NCBI RefSeq assembly: GCF_009834535.1
Contig: NC_045696.1
Coordinates: 14,448,001-14,512,000, forward strand
DNA length: 64,000 bases
Direction of reading: 5' to 3'
Origin: Camelus ferus
Lineage: Eukaryota
Numbering within the stretch: position 1 is the first letter of the stretch; every line of letters begins with the position of its first letter. Under the pieces are notes generated by a model that was not told where the DNA came from, did not search any database, and saw only the letters and a program-made list of their open reading frames with translations. The position numbers and the translations under genes are program-made. Shown here in pieces: positions 52,737-64,000 of this stretch.

Positions 52737-53950
52737 TTTTTTTGTTTTTTGTTTTTCTTTTCACATTAACTTACAAAGTGTTAAGCAGAGGTAAAGGGCA
52801 GAAACATGGTGAATTCATAAAAACTATAGTAGAATATTCTTATATGTGCCTGCTCCCACAGAGCCTTAATTTCCAAAAATTCACTCCCTAAAACTAGCCT
52901 TTTTAATTTTATTGCCTAGAACCAGTTTGTTTGTGACTTTTCCATGTGCTTTATCTTTCTTTACGTTTCTTCTTAGCAGAAGTAATCAATGTATCTAGAG
53001 CACTTTGAATTCAGAGAATATTCTGAAATGGAAATAAGGTCAGTTAATCTTTCTAGTTCTAATTAACTTTGAGACAAAGAAACTTGACATTTTTCCAACT
53101 GGGGTAACTGGTAGACCACTCTCCTCCAGACTTGGTGTGAGCTGCAGGAAGAAGGGCCAAGTGTTGTTCTTTTATTTTTCATATCAGTGTAATAAGCTTA
53201 GGTGATAAGGTCTCTGAAAATGCTTGGAGAGTCATTGAGCCCACTGGATTTTCTACACATCCTAGCTTTGTAACTGTCTTGGTTATGATACATTTTCAAT
53301 CCTGTGGATTTGTAGTGCTGGCCAGTTAAATCCGCGATCACGTTTTCTCCCTCATTGTCTAAAAGATTGGAATGACGTGCACGCTTAATAAATGTGTATT
53401 TATCTTTTTACTCCTAAAACTGGGGTATTGTTTGTAGAGTGATGCTAAGCCATTTACCCTCCATGAAGATTTGTGTTTTCTAGAAAAGAAAGTCATAGTT
53501 AACCAAGCCTCATTGTCCTGTAATTTATTTAAACTCACAGGCATGTTATTTAAGGATAATTCTCATGTTTCATGGAGCCAGTATTAATCCACTGGAAAAA
53601 AAAGGGTGGACTTTATTATTGATGCTTTCCAAAAACAAGGTAATGTTTATATATTCAGGCTTAGCTAATAATGAAAGCAAATGGGAATCCAAATGTCAAT
53701 GTCAACCGTATTTTTTCAGGGTGTATATATATAGTCCCTGAATAATAAGAATAGTGTATCTATATACTGCATATACACATATATCATTATATACATGACA
53801 TATATAGGCATTAAAACTGTCCTAAATAGAAGAAAACTTATTATATGTGTTCTGCTGCTATTGGAAAATAGAAACATATCTTAGCATTTTCAGGACATTT
53901 TTAAATGTGCCTGAAGTTGTCATCCATTTTCCAACATACTATATGCCTTT

Positions 53951-54068
53951 TTTGGGTGATTGATAATTAGGTTTATTATTTATTTTTGGAGGAGGTACTG
54001 GGGATTGAACCCAGGACCTTGTGTATGCTAAGCATGCACTCTACGACTTGAGTTATACCTTCCTCCCA
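53951..54068 (-). mobile_element. Camelid tRNA-Ala-derived SINE (long-tail form)
   Basis: ggtactggggattgaacccaggaccttgtgtatgctaagcatgcactctac; tail taattaggttta; TSD atatgccttt (53941-53950) / atatgtcttt (54069-54078). Confidence 0.88.
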
Positions 54069-57000
54069 ATATGTCTTTAAAAAAACAAACAAACAAAAAT
54101 ATTTAATTTTTTTCTGTATTCTCACATACATATCTTCCAAAGCTATTATAACAATTTTGCATAATTGTATTTAAATGACTGCAGAGGCCTCTTCAGTGTT
54201 GACTAAATGCATAGAAACTAACTTGTACCTAAAGTGACCCTTTGGATTAAAGCAATAAAAATAAATTTTTCTTTTTATTTCCTTCCACAGAATTCTTGGA
54301 AAGAAATGTTGTGTTATAATTACATGTGGTTTAATGTTTAGAGTCTTTTAACATCCATTGACTTTTCCACTTTATTCTTTGAATTCCGTATTCTTCTAAT
54401 GCTCATATTTTAAAATAGGAGAACACTTTCTAAACTCAGCAGCCACTACAAAGTAACAATGTGACTGAAGAAAATCATTTATTCCTTAAGTTGTGAAATC
54501 TATTAGTAGCTTCCAATTATACCACTCGCATCATTAACAGATAATAATACACAAATATACTGCATACTTTCCAATCACTTGAACCAGTTTATTTTTTCAT
54601 TAGTAAAATGCCAATGCACATCATATCTGCCAACTCCCCATCTCTGGAAAATGTCTGTGTTCGGCCAACTTCACCTCACAAAACTTTAACAAGAAATTGC
54701 AGGACTTGGCTGCTTTGAAAAACTTCAGTGCTTTCTGGTGTCTTTTGTGGATTTTCTGCTTTTGACATTTTTCTTGAAGACAGAACATGTCTATTAATAA
54801 TTACATTTAAAAATATATTACCAACATTTTAGTATGGTACCCATAGCTTTCAGAAGATAGTCCTATCTTACCATCAAGTTATGGAAACAAAGACTGCAAA
54901 AGAATTTATAATTGTACTTTATTCCTTATAAGTAAGTAATAGATGTTAGAGGAGCAAAACATAAGAATTTTTCTTGCATTTAGATGCCTGAAATCAGAGT
55001 ATCTACTCTCACAACCACATACACATAAGGTCAAGAAACAGGTTTTTAAACAATGGCACTAATGTAACAAGCTGTAACACACTGTCCAGCTGCGATACTT
55101 TTGGAAGGTAATTTACCTACTTAATAATGTAACCAAAATAATCTAATCTTGACACTTTCAGTATCATTCCTCCTAATGATATTAGTTGGTCTTTCTACTT
55201 TGATTTCTTTCAGATGCCAGTTTATGCTCAAGAGTATTTCTTTGATTGAAACCAAGGAGATTTGCTTAAAAGAACTTAGCCCACTTGCCCTCCCTCATCC
55301 CACTCTTCCTTGTGAAGTTTAGTGCTCAGGAATAACATAATCGCTCTCTTTTAATTCATGAAGTATCTTGATAGAAGTATTCATGCCTATCTCCCAAGCA
55401 TTTCAAGGGCTATTTTTTTTTTCTCATTGAACCTAAAACTCTGTGTGTGTGTGTTTTATATGCAAAAAAATCTTCCTATTAAATTGCTGTTTGGCTAAAA
55501 TCTTCTGACCTAGCAGCATAAAACTGTATTTCTTCAAAGGAAAAGGAAAATATTCTGAACGACCAGTGGTCAGTCACCCACACTTTTAGAAATACCATAT
55601 TATTAGTGATTCTACAGAATAGTGTGCTTACGATTCAGCAGTTGTCGGATTCCTCTGTTTCCTGTTAGTAATAGAACCCCAGGACACATGTTCAACCATC
55701 TTAAGACTATATATATATCAGCCTCTTTTTGCATGTTGGGATGATATGACTAAATTCTGACTGTTGGCTTATAAACAGCAATGATGTGTAAAACTGAAGT
55801 GACATGCCTTTAAAAGCTAGCTTCTTATTCTATTTTTCCTTTCCTCTTTTTTGCTGGCCATCTTTGAAGAGGTCAACAGATACCCACTAAAGGGGTAACA
55901 TAACAACCAAATGAAGAAACTGTAGTGCTGTGATGATGTCAAGACACCCTGGGGTGTTTGTATTGCATTCAAAAGTTTTACAAAGGATATCATATTATAC
56001 ACTACATTGTACAACTTCCTTTTTTCACCCACTAGTGTGTTTAGTTCATTTACTTTTATCATGTTTATGGATGTATTTTTGTCTCTTTGCCATCCTTTTG
56101 TGTGTGTGTGTGTGTTTCTTTTCTATCTTGATTTTCTCTGCTTTTCATAAGTACTACCTCACCAGCTTTCTGGAAATCTGTTGGTAGGACTGAGTTTTAT
56201 CCTAGCATACATGTTTTCTTTACTGACTGCAAGTTAACAGCTGTTATCCATTCTTTCAGAGGTTACTTTAAAAGTACATACATTATTTACAAACTCTAAG
56301 ATAATTTTTTAAAAATCTCTATTCTATTCTTGAATAGCATGACAATTAAAGCAATTAAGTGTATTTTTAAGATCAATTTTATTCACCTTGTTTTTATAAT
56401 CAATACTTATTTAGATTCATCAAAAGCCTTCATTGATTTCTCTCTTTACCATTAATTCTTGTAGTCTATAACCTTCGGAGTTAAATCCCTTCTTTACAGT
56501 TTAGCGCTTGTTTCTGTGGCCCAGGAGCACGTAAGAGTCCAGCCACAGGTGGGCATGAGAAATGCTCATTAGGCAGTTTCCTTCCTGAAACACACACACG
56601 CACACACCAATTAAAAGTGAGAAATTGCCTGTAGAAGATAGTATAATATAGAGTCTCTTCCAGTGTTTAAAATGGTCCTTGGAAAAACATTTCCCAGGAA
56701 ATCTAAATGACTAGTTTTTTTAATATTAATATTTATTGAATAATCATAATGTATCATGAGGGTTACTTTCAGAAGCTTGAATTTATATGAAGAAGATTTA
56801 CCACAAGTTAGAAGAGAACTGTTGTTAAGTGTATTTATAATAATAGAAATGTATCTCTAAGATGAGATGAAGAATGGAAGAATGGAGAAAGAAAGCTAAA
56901 ACAAATTAATTCAGAAAAAAATGTCTTGTTTCTTATTTTTTTAAAACATTGAGTGAAAATGATACTAACCAGCAGTATTTAACCTAAATCCTCCAAACAG

Positions 57001-57879
57001 CTGTTTAATTTTATCCTTTTGACGATATCATTTCACTTTAATATAAACTCTTATCCTCTAAGTGAATCTCTACTTTATGTCTGAGATGAAGAAATATGTA
57101 TCCTTCTTGTGATGTCATGTTGGTGGTGTAATTGTTTTCACTGAATTATTTATATCTTAAAGGCCTCGTTAGTCTACTGCTCTGCATTCAGTTGAATTGG
57201 AATTCATGCAGTTTCTGGTGTAAGTTATTCAGTAAATTATACCTGTTTGGTGGAGATCAATGTCATTTTCATCTCTATGGTTGCAATCGAGAGAGGAAGA
57301 TTATGTTGATACTTTGGATTAAGGATACTCTATTATGAATGAATACACACACAGAAAAAGATAGTTTTCTCTTTCGGTACCAATATCCACATTTTATAAA
57401 GCGCACGCAGGTGGATATGTACTATCACACATGTTCATTTTTAAGAGCATCATAAAACATTAAAATTTTTCATAAGTGCCATGTCATGGAAAAGATTTTT
57501 ACAGTACTGGAAATTTCCCATATGGTGATTCCTAAAACCAGAAGCATTGTATTTTTAACCATTAAGAGATGGAAGGAGAGAGGAAGAGGAGACGTGGCTT
57601 AGACACTGTACATGGAATGACAGAGATGACAGTTAAATGAATTCTGCCAATGCATTTTTCTCCACCTCTAGATTTCTCAGGACCAAGTGAGTATTTATAT
57701 TTTCAGGGAAAAAATAATTCTCTCTTAGAACTTTTTGTTGTTTCAAAGTGGAAATAAATTAATGTAATACAGCAGTAGATAGCTTAGGGGAAATTTACAT
57801 GGAGCAGGGTTTCTTATTTTAACCCTTAAATATCAAATAAGGATAGCTTTTAATTATACTTCGCAGTCACTCAGCAAAG

Positions 57880-59960
57880 AGTATTATATATTCATAATCC
57901 TACTTCCTCTTCCTGGGAACAGGAAGACTACAATTCCCAGGCTCCCTTGTGTATATATTGGTGTCATGTGATTGAGTTTTGACCAATGGTGTGCAGCAGA
58001 TTTTGAAGATGTTTTCAAGCATGGCCCTAAAAAAAAAAATTATTCATATAATACTCTCATTCTCTTTTCCCATCCCATTTGGATGCCACTTTGAACCAAA
58101 TGACATAGCTAGACAATGGAAACAGACTGGTAAAACTCAGAGATTCAGATCTGCATATTGGACTATGACATAAACCAGAAATAAACTTTTATTACAATAA
58201 GCTAGTGAGATGTTGAAACATATTTGTCATTGCAATGTAGTCTATCCTGTCCTGCCTAGTACAGAAAATATAAAACAAAAACAAAAATATGTGGCAGTAG
58301 TGAAGAGGTAAGTGTAAGTGCTGAAGACTTTGGTATTAGAGGCTAGAAAGCTGGGGTCACTATTATATAGTAAGAAAATACTATTAATACCAAGACACAC
58401 AGTTATGTTGAAGGAAGTCTATAAAATGAGGAAACATGGATGGAAAAAATGAATGCATCTTAAAGCATTTGATAAATTATTACAAGAAAAAGGTAAGTTC
58501 AGAATTGGTGGTTTATGGGCATTAAGGTAAGAGAATGGGGACGACATGAGATTTTTATCTCTTACAGCATTAAGTTTCTAACAATAAGGATGAGCTTACA
58601 AGGACTTTGTTATGTTGTCATGTTATGGTCATCACTGGATAAATTCACATGGAGAAAAGAACAGACTGAAGCTGTGGTGTTTAACACAATTTTTAACTGA
58701 GTAAAGGAAATGAGAAAAAGAGAATTTAGAGATGTTATCTTTTACATATTGTACCAGATAATCTTAAGTAAACACCATTCACTTGACAGATAAGCATGGA
58801 GATGATAATAAGAAATTAATTATTCTTGAGATTTACATAAAGGGAAGAACTATGTGTACAGTTTCTGGCACAAGGAACTGACGAGAAGTAAATAGACCAG
58901 AAGTCTACTAAGATTTTGACAGAACATATTTGCCAAATAAACCTGACTCTTTAACATCTAAAATAAGACTTGAGTTTCCATTATCAAGATGCAGGTATCT
59001 CATAAAGAATCCTCGTTTCCAATGTGGACAAGTAGATTCATGGACAAGGAGTAATTTCTCAAAACTGGGAATCTAGGAGCACATGGATTAAAGAATTGCC
59101 TCCCCAGAGGAAAGAAGAATCTACCCCAAATCCAGAGTAAAGTGCTTTCATGATAACTACTCCGTGGGATTTCAGTATTTTTATCAACCAATGACTACTG
59201 TAGATCTCCCATTTTTCTTCTTTCAGTTTATGATGGGCATTCTCTCCTTCTATTGGGTATGTGCTCGTAGACAACTTGTCCTTTTAATTGATAAGCCATT
59301 GGACCAACAGGGGCCATGTCTAGACCCATGAGTGACTACTGCACAATCCAGATGATCTTAGTCTTTATGATAAAGAAGGAGTGGTATATTTGTGCAATGA
59401 AATACTACTCAGCCATAAAAAGAATAAAATAATGCCATTTGCAGCAACATGGATGGACCTGGAGATCGTCATTCTAAGGGAAGTAAACCAGAAAAAGAAA
59501 GAAAAAAACCATATGAAAACAATCATATGTGGAATCTAAAAAAAATAATAATAAGGACACTGAATTCATCTACAAAACAGAAACAGACTTGATATAGTAA
59601 CAATCTTATGGTTAGCAGGGAAGGAGGATGGGAAGGGTTAAATTTGGGAGTTTGAGATTTGCAAATGTTAGCCACTATATATAAAAATAGATTAAAAAGA
59701 CAAGTTTCTTCTGTATAGCACAGGGAACTATATTCAATATCTTACAATAACCTTTATTGAAAAAGAATGTAAAAATGAATATATATATGTATATGCATGA
59801 CTGGGACATTGTGCTGTACACCAGAATTGTCACATTGTAAGTGACTATACTTCAATGAAAAAATGTGCATTGACAAGATGAGATTGGACAGAACTTAACT
59901 CTTTTGGGAGCTGGCAAGTATGTTCAGTCTGTGGAGAGAGTGAAATAGTTTGATGACCAA
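57880..59960 (+). mobile_element. Old MaLR (MLT1I/J-type) LTR (~57880-58263) followed by probable decayed internal sequence
   Basis: gactacaattcccaggctcccttg...tcatgtgattgagttttgaccaatgg...gaaataaactttta...cctgcctagtaca then gaaaat...; internal assignment is weaker. Confidence 0.6.
59369..59863 (+). mobile_element. 5'-truncated L1 3' end
   Basis: aatactactcagccataaaaagaat...gcagcaacatggatggacctggag...tatagcacagggaactatattcaa...gactatacttcaat. Confidence 0.9.
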
Positions 59961-60255
59961 AAGAATGAACCATTGGAGAGACAATGTTGGGTTTTAACCA
60001 CATCATATACTTGAGTCTGGCCTATGGGATGTAGAGAGGTCCTAACACTGTCTCTCCAACAATTCATTATTCTGGTCACCAAACTGTAGGCCAATTCCAG
60101 GCCCAGACGTTAAAAACAAGTCGTTTGTCTCTGCAGTCCTACAATGTGCTCGGAGACGTGTGTTCTCAGTGACGGAGCTACAAGACGGTTGGAACATTGG
60201 TAGATGTTGTGTATCTTTAGTCTTTGTTGCACATGTCTATTATATGTATCATGTA

Positions 60256-60702
60256 CATGGACAGACCTTGTTTTATTGCACTTCTCTTTATTGTGTTTTG
60301 CAGATATTGCATTTTCTACAGACAGAAGGTTTGTGGATACTCGGAGCTGAGCAAGTCTATTGGCACCTTTTTTCCAACAGCATTTGCTCACTTCTTGTCT
60401 CTGTGTCACATTTTGGGAACTCTCACAATATTTTGAACCCTCCACAAACAAAAAGATTACAACTGGCTGAAGGCCCAGGTGATGGTTAGCATTTTTTAGC
60501 AATGAAATAGTTTTAAATTAAGATATGTACATTGTTTTCTTAGACATGATGCTATTGTACACTTAATAGACTACATTATAAGGTAAACATAACTTTTATA
60601 TGCACTAGGAAACTAAAAAATTCATATGACTCTCTTTATTGCAATATTTGCTTTGTTGCAGTGGTTTGGAGTTGAACCCACCATATCTTCAAGGTACGCT
60701 TG
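60256..60702 (+). mobile_element. Tigger1-derived non-autonomous element (Tigger1a-like)
   Basis: accttgttttattgcacttc...gagcaagtctattggcacc...agattacaactggctgaaggc...atatcttcaaggtacgcttg. Confidence 0.88.
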
Positions 60703-60703
60703 G

Positions 60704-60712
60704 GTAGATAGG

Positions 60713-60766
<54 letters not shown>
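60704..60766. repeat. (GATA)n microsatellite
   Basis: Directly visible, abutting the Tigger end. Confidence 0.97.
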
Positions 60767-60767
<1 letters not shown>

Positions 60768-62494
60768 ACAATCTATCTATATATATACTTATACACAATC
60801 CTGTGTAATATAAACACATCCCTATTAATTCTGAATTAAGAAATGTAACTTGTAGCAAGTAGTTCAGAAATGTTGGGAGACTGTGAAATATTCCTAAAGA
60901 CAATATTCCTGAAATACTAACAGTGGGAACTCATGTGAAGGATGATCCTATTGAGTTTTTTTTTTCCCATAAACACGCATAACAAGGTGTAATTTTCCTG
61001 TTATTTAGAGGACTAGCAATGATGCATGAAAAACACCAAGCAGAAAGCCTGCTATATGTGAATAATTGGTAATTGTTATGTATTAGCAGTAATGCTAATT
61101 TATTTTCAGAATGGAGAGAAATGATGAAGAATATATTATTTCTCAACCAGTGCAAATGTTTGCTCATCAAATGAGATATTAGCTTCAATCACCGCTAATA
61201 TCAGACCCCCATAGAATGTGTCACTAGATAATTATTTTTCCCGAATTTTCACATCTAAATGACATGATGCATTCGTCTGATAAGTTTGAACACAATGCGA
61301 GATTTTGTCTCACGCTAGGGCTATCTGGGGGCTCCACCTCTCTTGGGTCCAGTTGTGGGACTCTGATACATTACAGAATGGAGTGGATGGAAGGAGGGGC
61401 ATAAAGTGGCAGATCAAGGACCTGCTGTGGGTGGACTGAGCATCTACTTAGAACTCATTCTCTATCGTACAATTAGGAAGTCTTCCTATTCTATATCTTA
61501 AATTTGAAACTGACTGGGACCCAAAGTTTTACAGCATGTAGTTATTCGGGAAATTGACCTGGGACTGAGTCATTTGGCTCTTATATTTTTATTATCCATT
61601 TTTCTCATAATTTTTCCCTCTCTGACTTATATCGTGCCATCTTCCTTTGATTCTTTCTTTTCTACCATCACTAGTATTGTTTTAACCGTTTAGCATTTTA
61701 AAGATATTTCTTAAAATAAACTATGATTAATCTGTTGACAGTATGCCACCTGAATCCACAAATAGAATTAAATAATCAAGAAATCAGATTAGATTGGCTG
61801 AGACAGATTTCCTTTTAACATTCTTTAGAAAAGAGGAAATTACTTAAGCACACTTTTGAAACTACTAGATATCAAAATTCTTGCAAAATAACATTTTTGT
61901 CAGCTAATTGTAAATGAAATGAGAAACATATGGATTAAGTTTCCATAAAAAAAAAACACACAAGCAAAATTTGTTTGGCAAAAGTCTTCTTTTATTTTGC
62001 CAATATCACAATGTTTGAAAATAAATTGAGTGTTTTTTTTTCAAACATAAAAAGTCATTGGATATTTATTATTTTATGAACTCACAAAAAAAGGAGAAGA
62101 AAACTATAAAGTGGTTTCTCCAGAAATAATTATCAAGTGAATACAGCTGTAATCTTGATAACCTCACAGATTATTTCAAATGTAATTACCTGGAGGAAAA
62201 GAACGCTATGTTCTGAAAGCCGGAAGCATGTTGGAAAACTCAGGAAAATATTAAGACCCCAAGGCATGAAACTATGCTTTTTACCCAATATAAAAAGGGT
62301 AGAATCTTCGAAATACTTTAAAAAATACATTTCTTGTTACTAATAGCTGTACTGAATTCAGTATGAGAATAAAATGTATTATGTGTCATTGGTTTCAAAC
62401 AGTTATGAGCCAATTTGCCCTCTGGTCTTAAAGAAATTAAACAAGATTCAATTTGAATTTGATTGGAACTAGTGGTAAAAATTCAAGGTGATCA

Positions 62495-62860
62495 TATCAG
62501 TCAGGACATTTGGGTTTAGTAGCAGAACCCTACTTAATGTGTCTTAGACAAAACCATTAGTTTTTTAAAAAGTTTTTTTTTTTTTTTTAAGAAAGGAAAT
62601 ATATTAGGTCACATAATTGAGAAGTCCAGATTTTGGGCTGATTTTTGTCATGGAAGGGTTCAGGGCCTCATCCTCACCCCTATGTTCCCAAAGTAACTGC
62701 ATCCAGGGAAAACAAGCACCGCCTTTAGGGCTTCCAGCAAAGAGGTTAAGGTGGTGAAATGCTGCTTTGTGATGTGTTTATCTACTCAGCCATGCCTCAA
62801 TTATGAAATCATGGTGACCTAGGCAGGAAGGAGCAGGACCATCCAAACCAGGTGAACTGA
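62495..62860 (-). mobile_element. Probable old MLT1K/L-type LTR remnant
   Basis: atcagtcaggac...aaaggaaatatattaggtcacataattgagaagtccag. Confidence 0.4.
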
Positions 62861-62880
62861 GGATGAAGGCACTGGTTTCT

Positions 62881-62915
<35 letters not shown>

Positions 62916-64000
62916 GGTATTTCCAAATGATATGAGAAGGGATATTGAACAGACAATAACCTCAGAGATTTCACAGGGAGAAGTACTTCACCTTCTAATT
63001 CAATCAACAATTTCTGTTGCACCACTGGCATTACTCAGTATTCTGAGGCCGTGGACTTTATTAGTTGTTTTTCTAAAATAGAATAACAGTGAACGATTTA
63101 ATATTCCCCATTTGGTAAATTGCATTTTCCTTCAAAACATTCTAGTGTGTTTTAATTGAACAGCCCCAGGAAAAGTGGACTCTTCACTCTGCAGGGAACT
63201 CTTTCTTAGACTCTTTTTTGTTTTCCTTTAAGATTGCTTCATCATTCTCTTCCCTTTTCTCTCTCCATCAACCTATCATTAAGGCTGGGGTAGGGAGCCT
63301 CGCCCCGAGGGATCGCTCCCATGGGAGGTCTCCTGCCTCTGGAGGTGTGGGGCTGGGGCAGCCAGGCAGAGGTCTCGAAGAAGGAAATCATGGACAGGGT
63401 GACTCAGCTCTGCTGAGGCTTGAAGAGAAAGAAAGCTCTTTTGGGTTTCTTTTCTGAGCTAATCTCATTATCAGAGTGGTAAGATTCAAACACCAAGATC
63501 AGATAGATGGGGGCAGGCCCAGGTGAAGGAGCCCAGGGAATGATCTGGTCAACCTCTAAAATATGTGAAATCAGTTGCAGAAGCTCACGCTATGCACTGA
63601 GATAAAAAGCTGACTGCCTGGGCTTTTGGAAACAGCCCTGGTTAGTGATAACATCCATCCTCTGTGTTTCTCTTCTCCCATCACTCCTGTCATCAGAACA
63701 AGCCTGGCTGAGGATTCTGAGATCAGACTTGTCATTTTTGTGTCTCCTTTGATGACACAAAGATGAGTCATAGTGGTCACCTCTATGTGGCTTCCCAAAG
63801 ATAAGAAGATCTTCACGGAAAGAGCTAGAATATACAGGGAAGGCACTGAGATTTGGTTTCTGGGTCACTATGTCCCATGATTATTATTAATAGAACAGAT
63901 ATTCTTAAATTCTTTCTCCACTTGCAGCAGGGAGATACCTAATCATGGAAATGAAGTGTTTTTTAGGTCTTGAGGATTTTCATGCACTTTGCAGAAATTG

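Noticed and set aside
60110..60903. 130-, 109- and 93-aa ORFs
   Set aside because: Derived from the Tigger1-type MITE and the (GATA)n repeat
1..64000. CRISPR array, operon, prokaryotic or viral insert, or CpG-island promoter
   Set aside because: No regularly spaced repeats, no long ORFs and no extended CpG island; composition and repeats are mammalian throughout

Overview
Mammalian, repeat-dense, essentially non-genic DNA. It is most likely camelid: three tRNA-Ala(AGC)-derived short SINEs of the Vic-1 type, plus cetartiodactyl-type L1 3' ends. There is one 100-N assembly gap (19173-19272). I cannot recognise any protein-coding exon or functional RNA gene. The ORFs in the track are short and mostly trace to decayed L1, Tigger and MaLR elements or simple repeats. 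The window is a layered fossil record of transposons, often nested with target-site duplications (TSDs) still readable. Main items: a near full-length Tigger2-type transposon whose transposase contains an expanded purine microsatellite and a SINE; a complete LTR-int-LTR MaLR; a CpG-rich, apparently young 441-bp solo LTR with a 6-bp TSD (ERV2-like) inside an older MER34-type LTR; an ERV1 solo LTR with a 4-bp TSD; and many 5'-truncated L1s. A few unique segments carry speculative splice or regulatory signals, the best being a 15-nt microexon-like motif at 57672-57686. I found no convincing novel multi-gene system. Repeat family names are from recalled consensus sequences and need RepeatMasker/Dfam confirmation.
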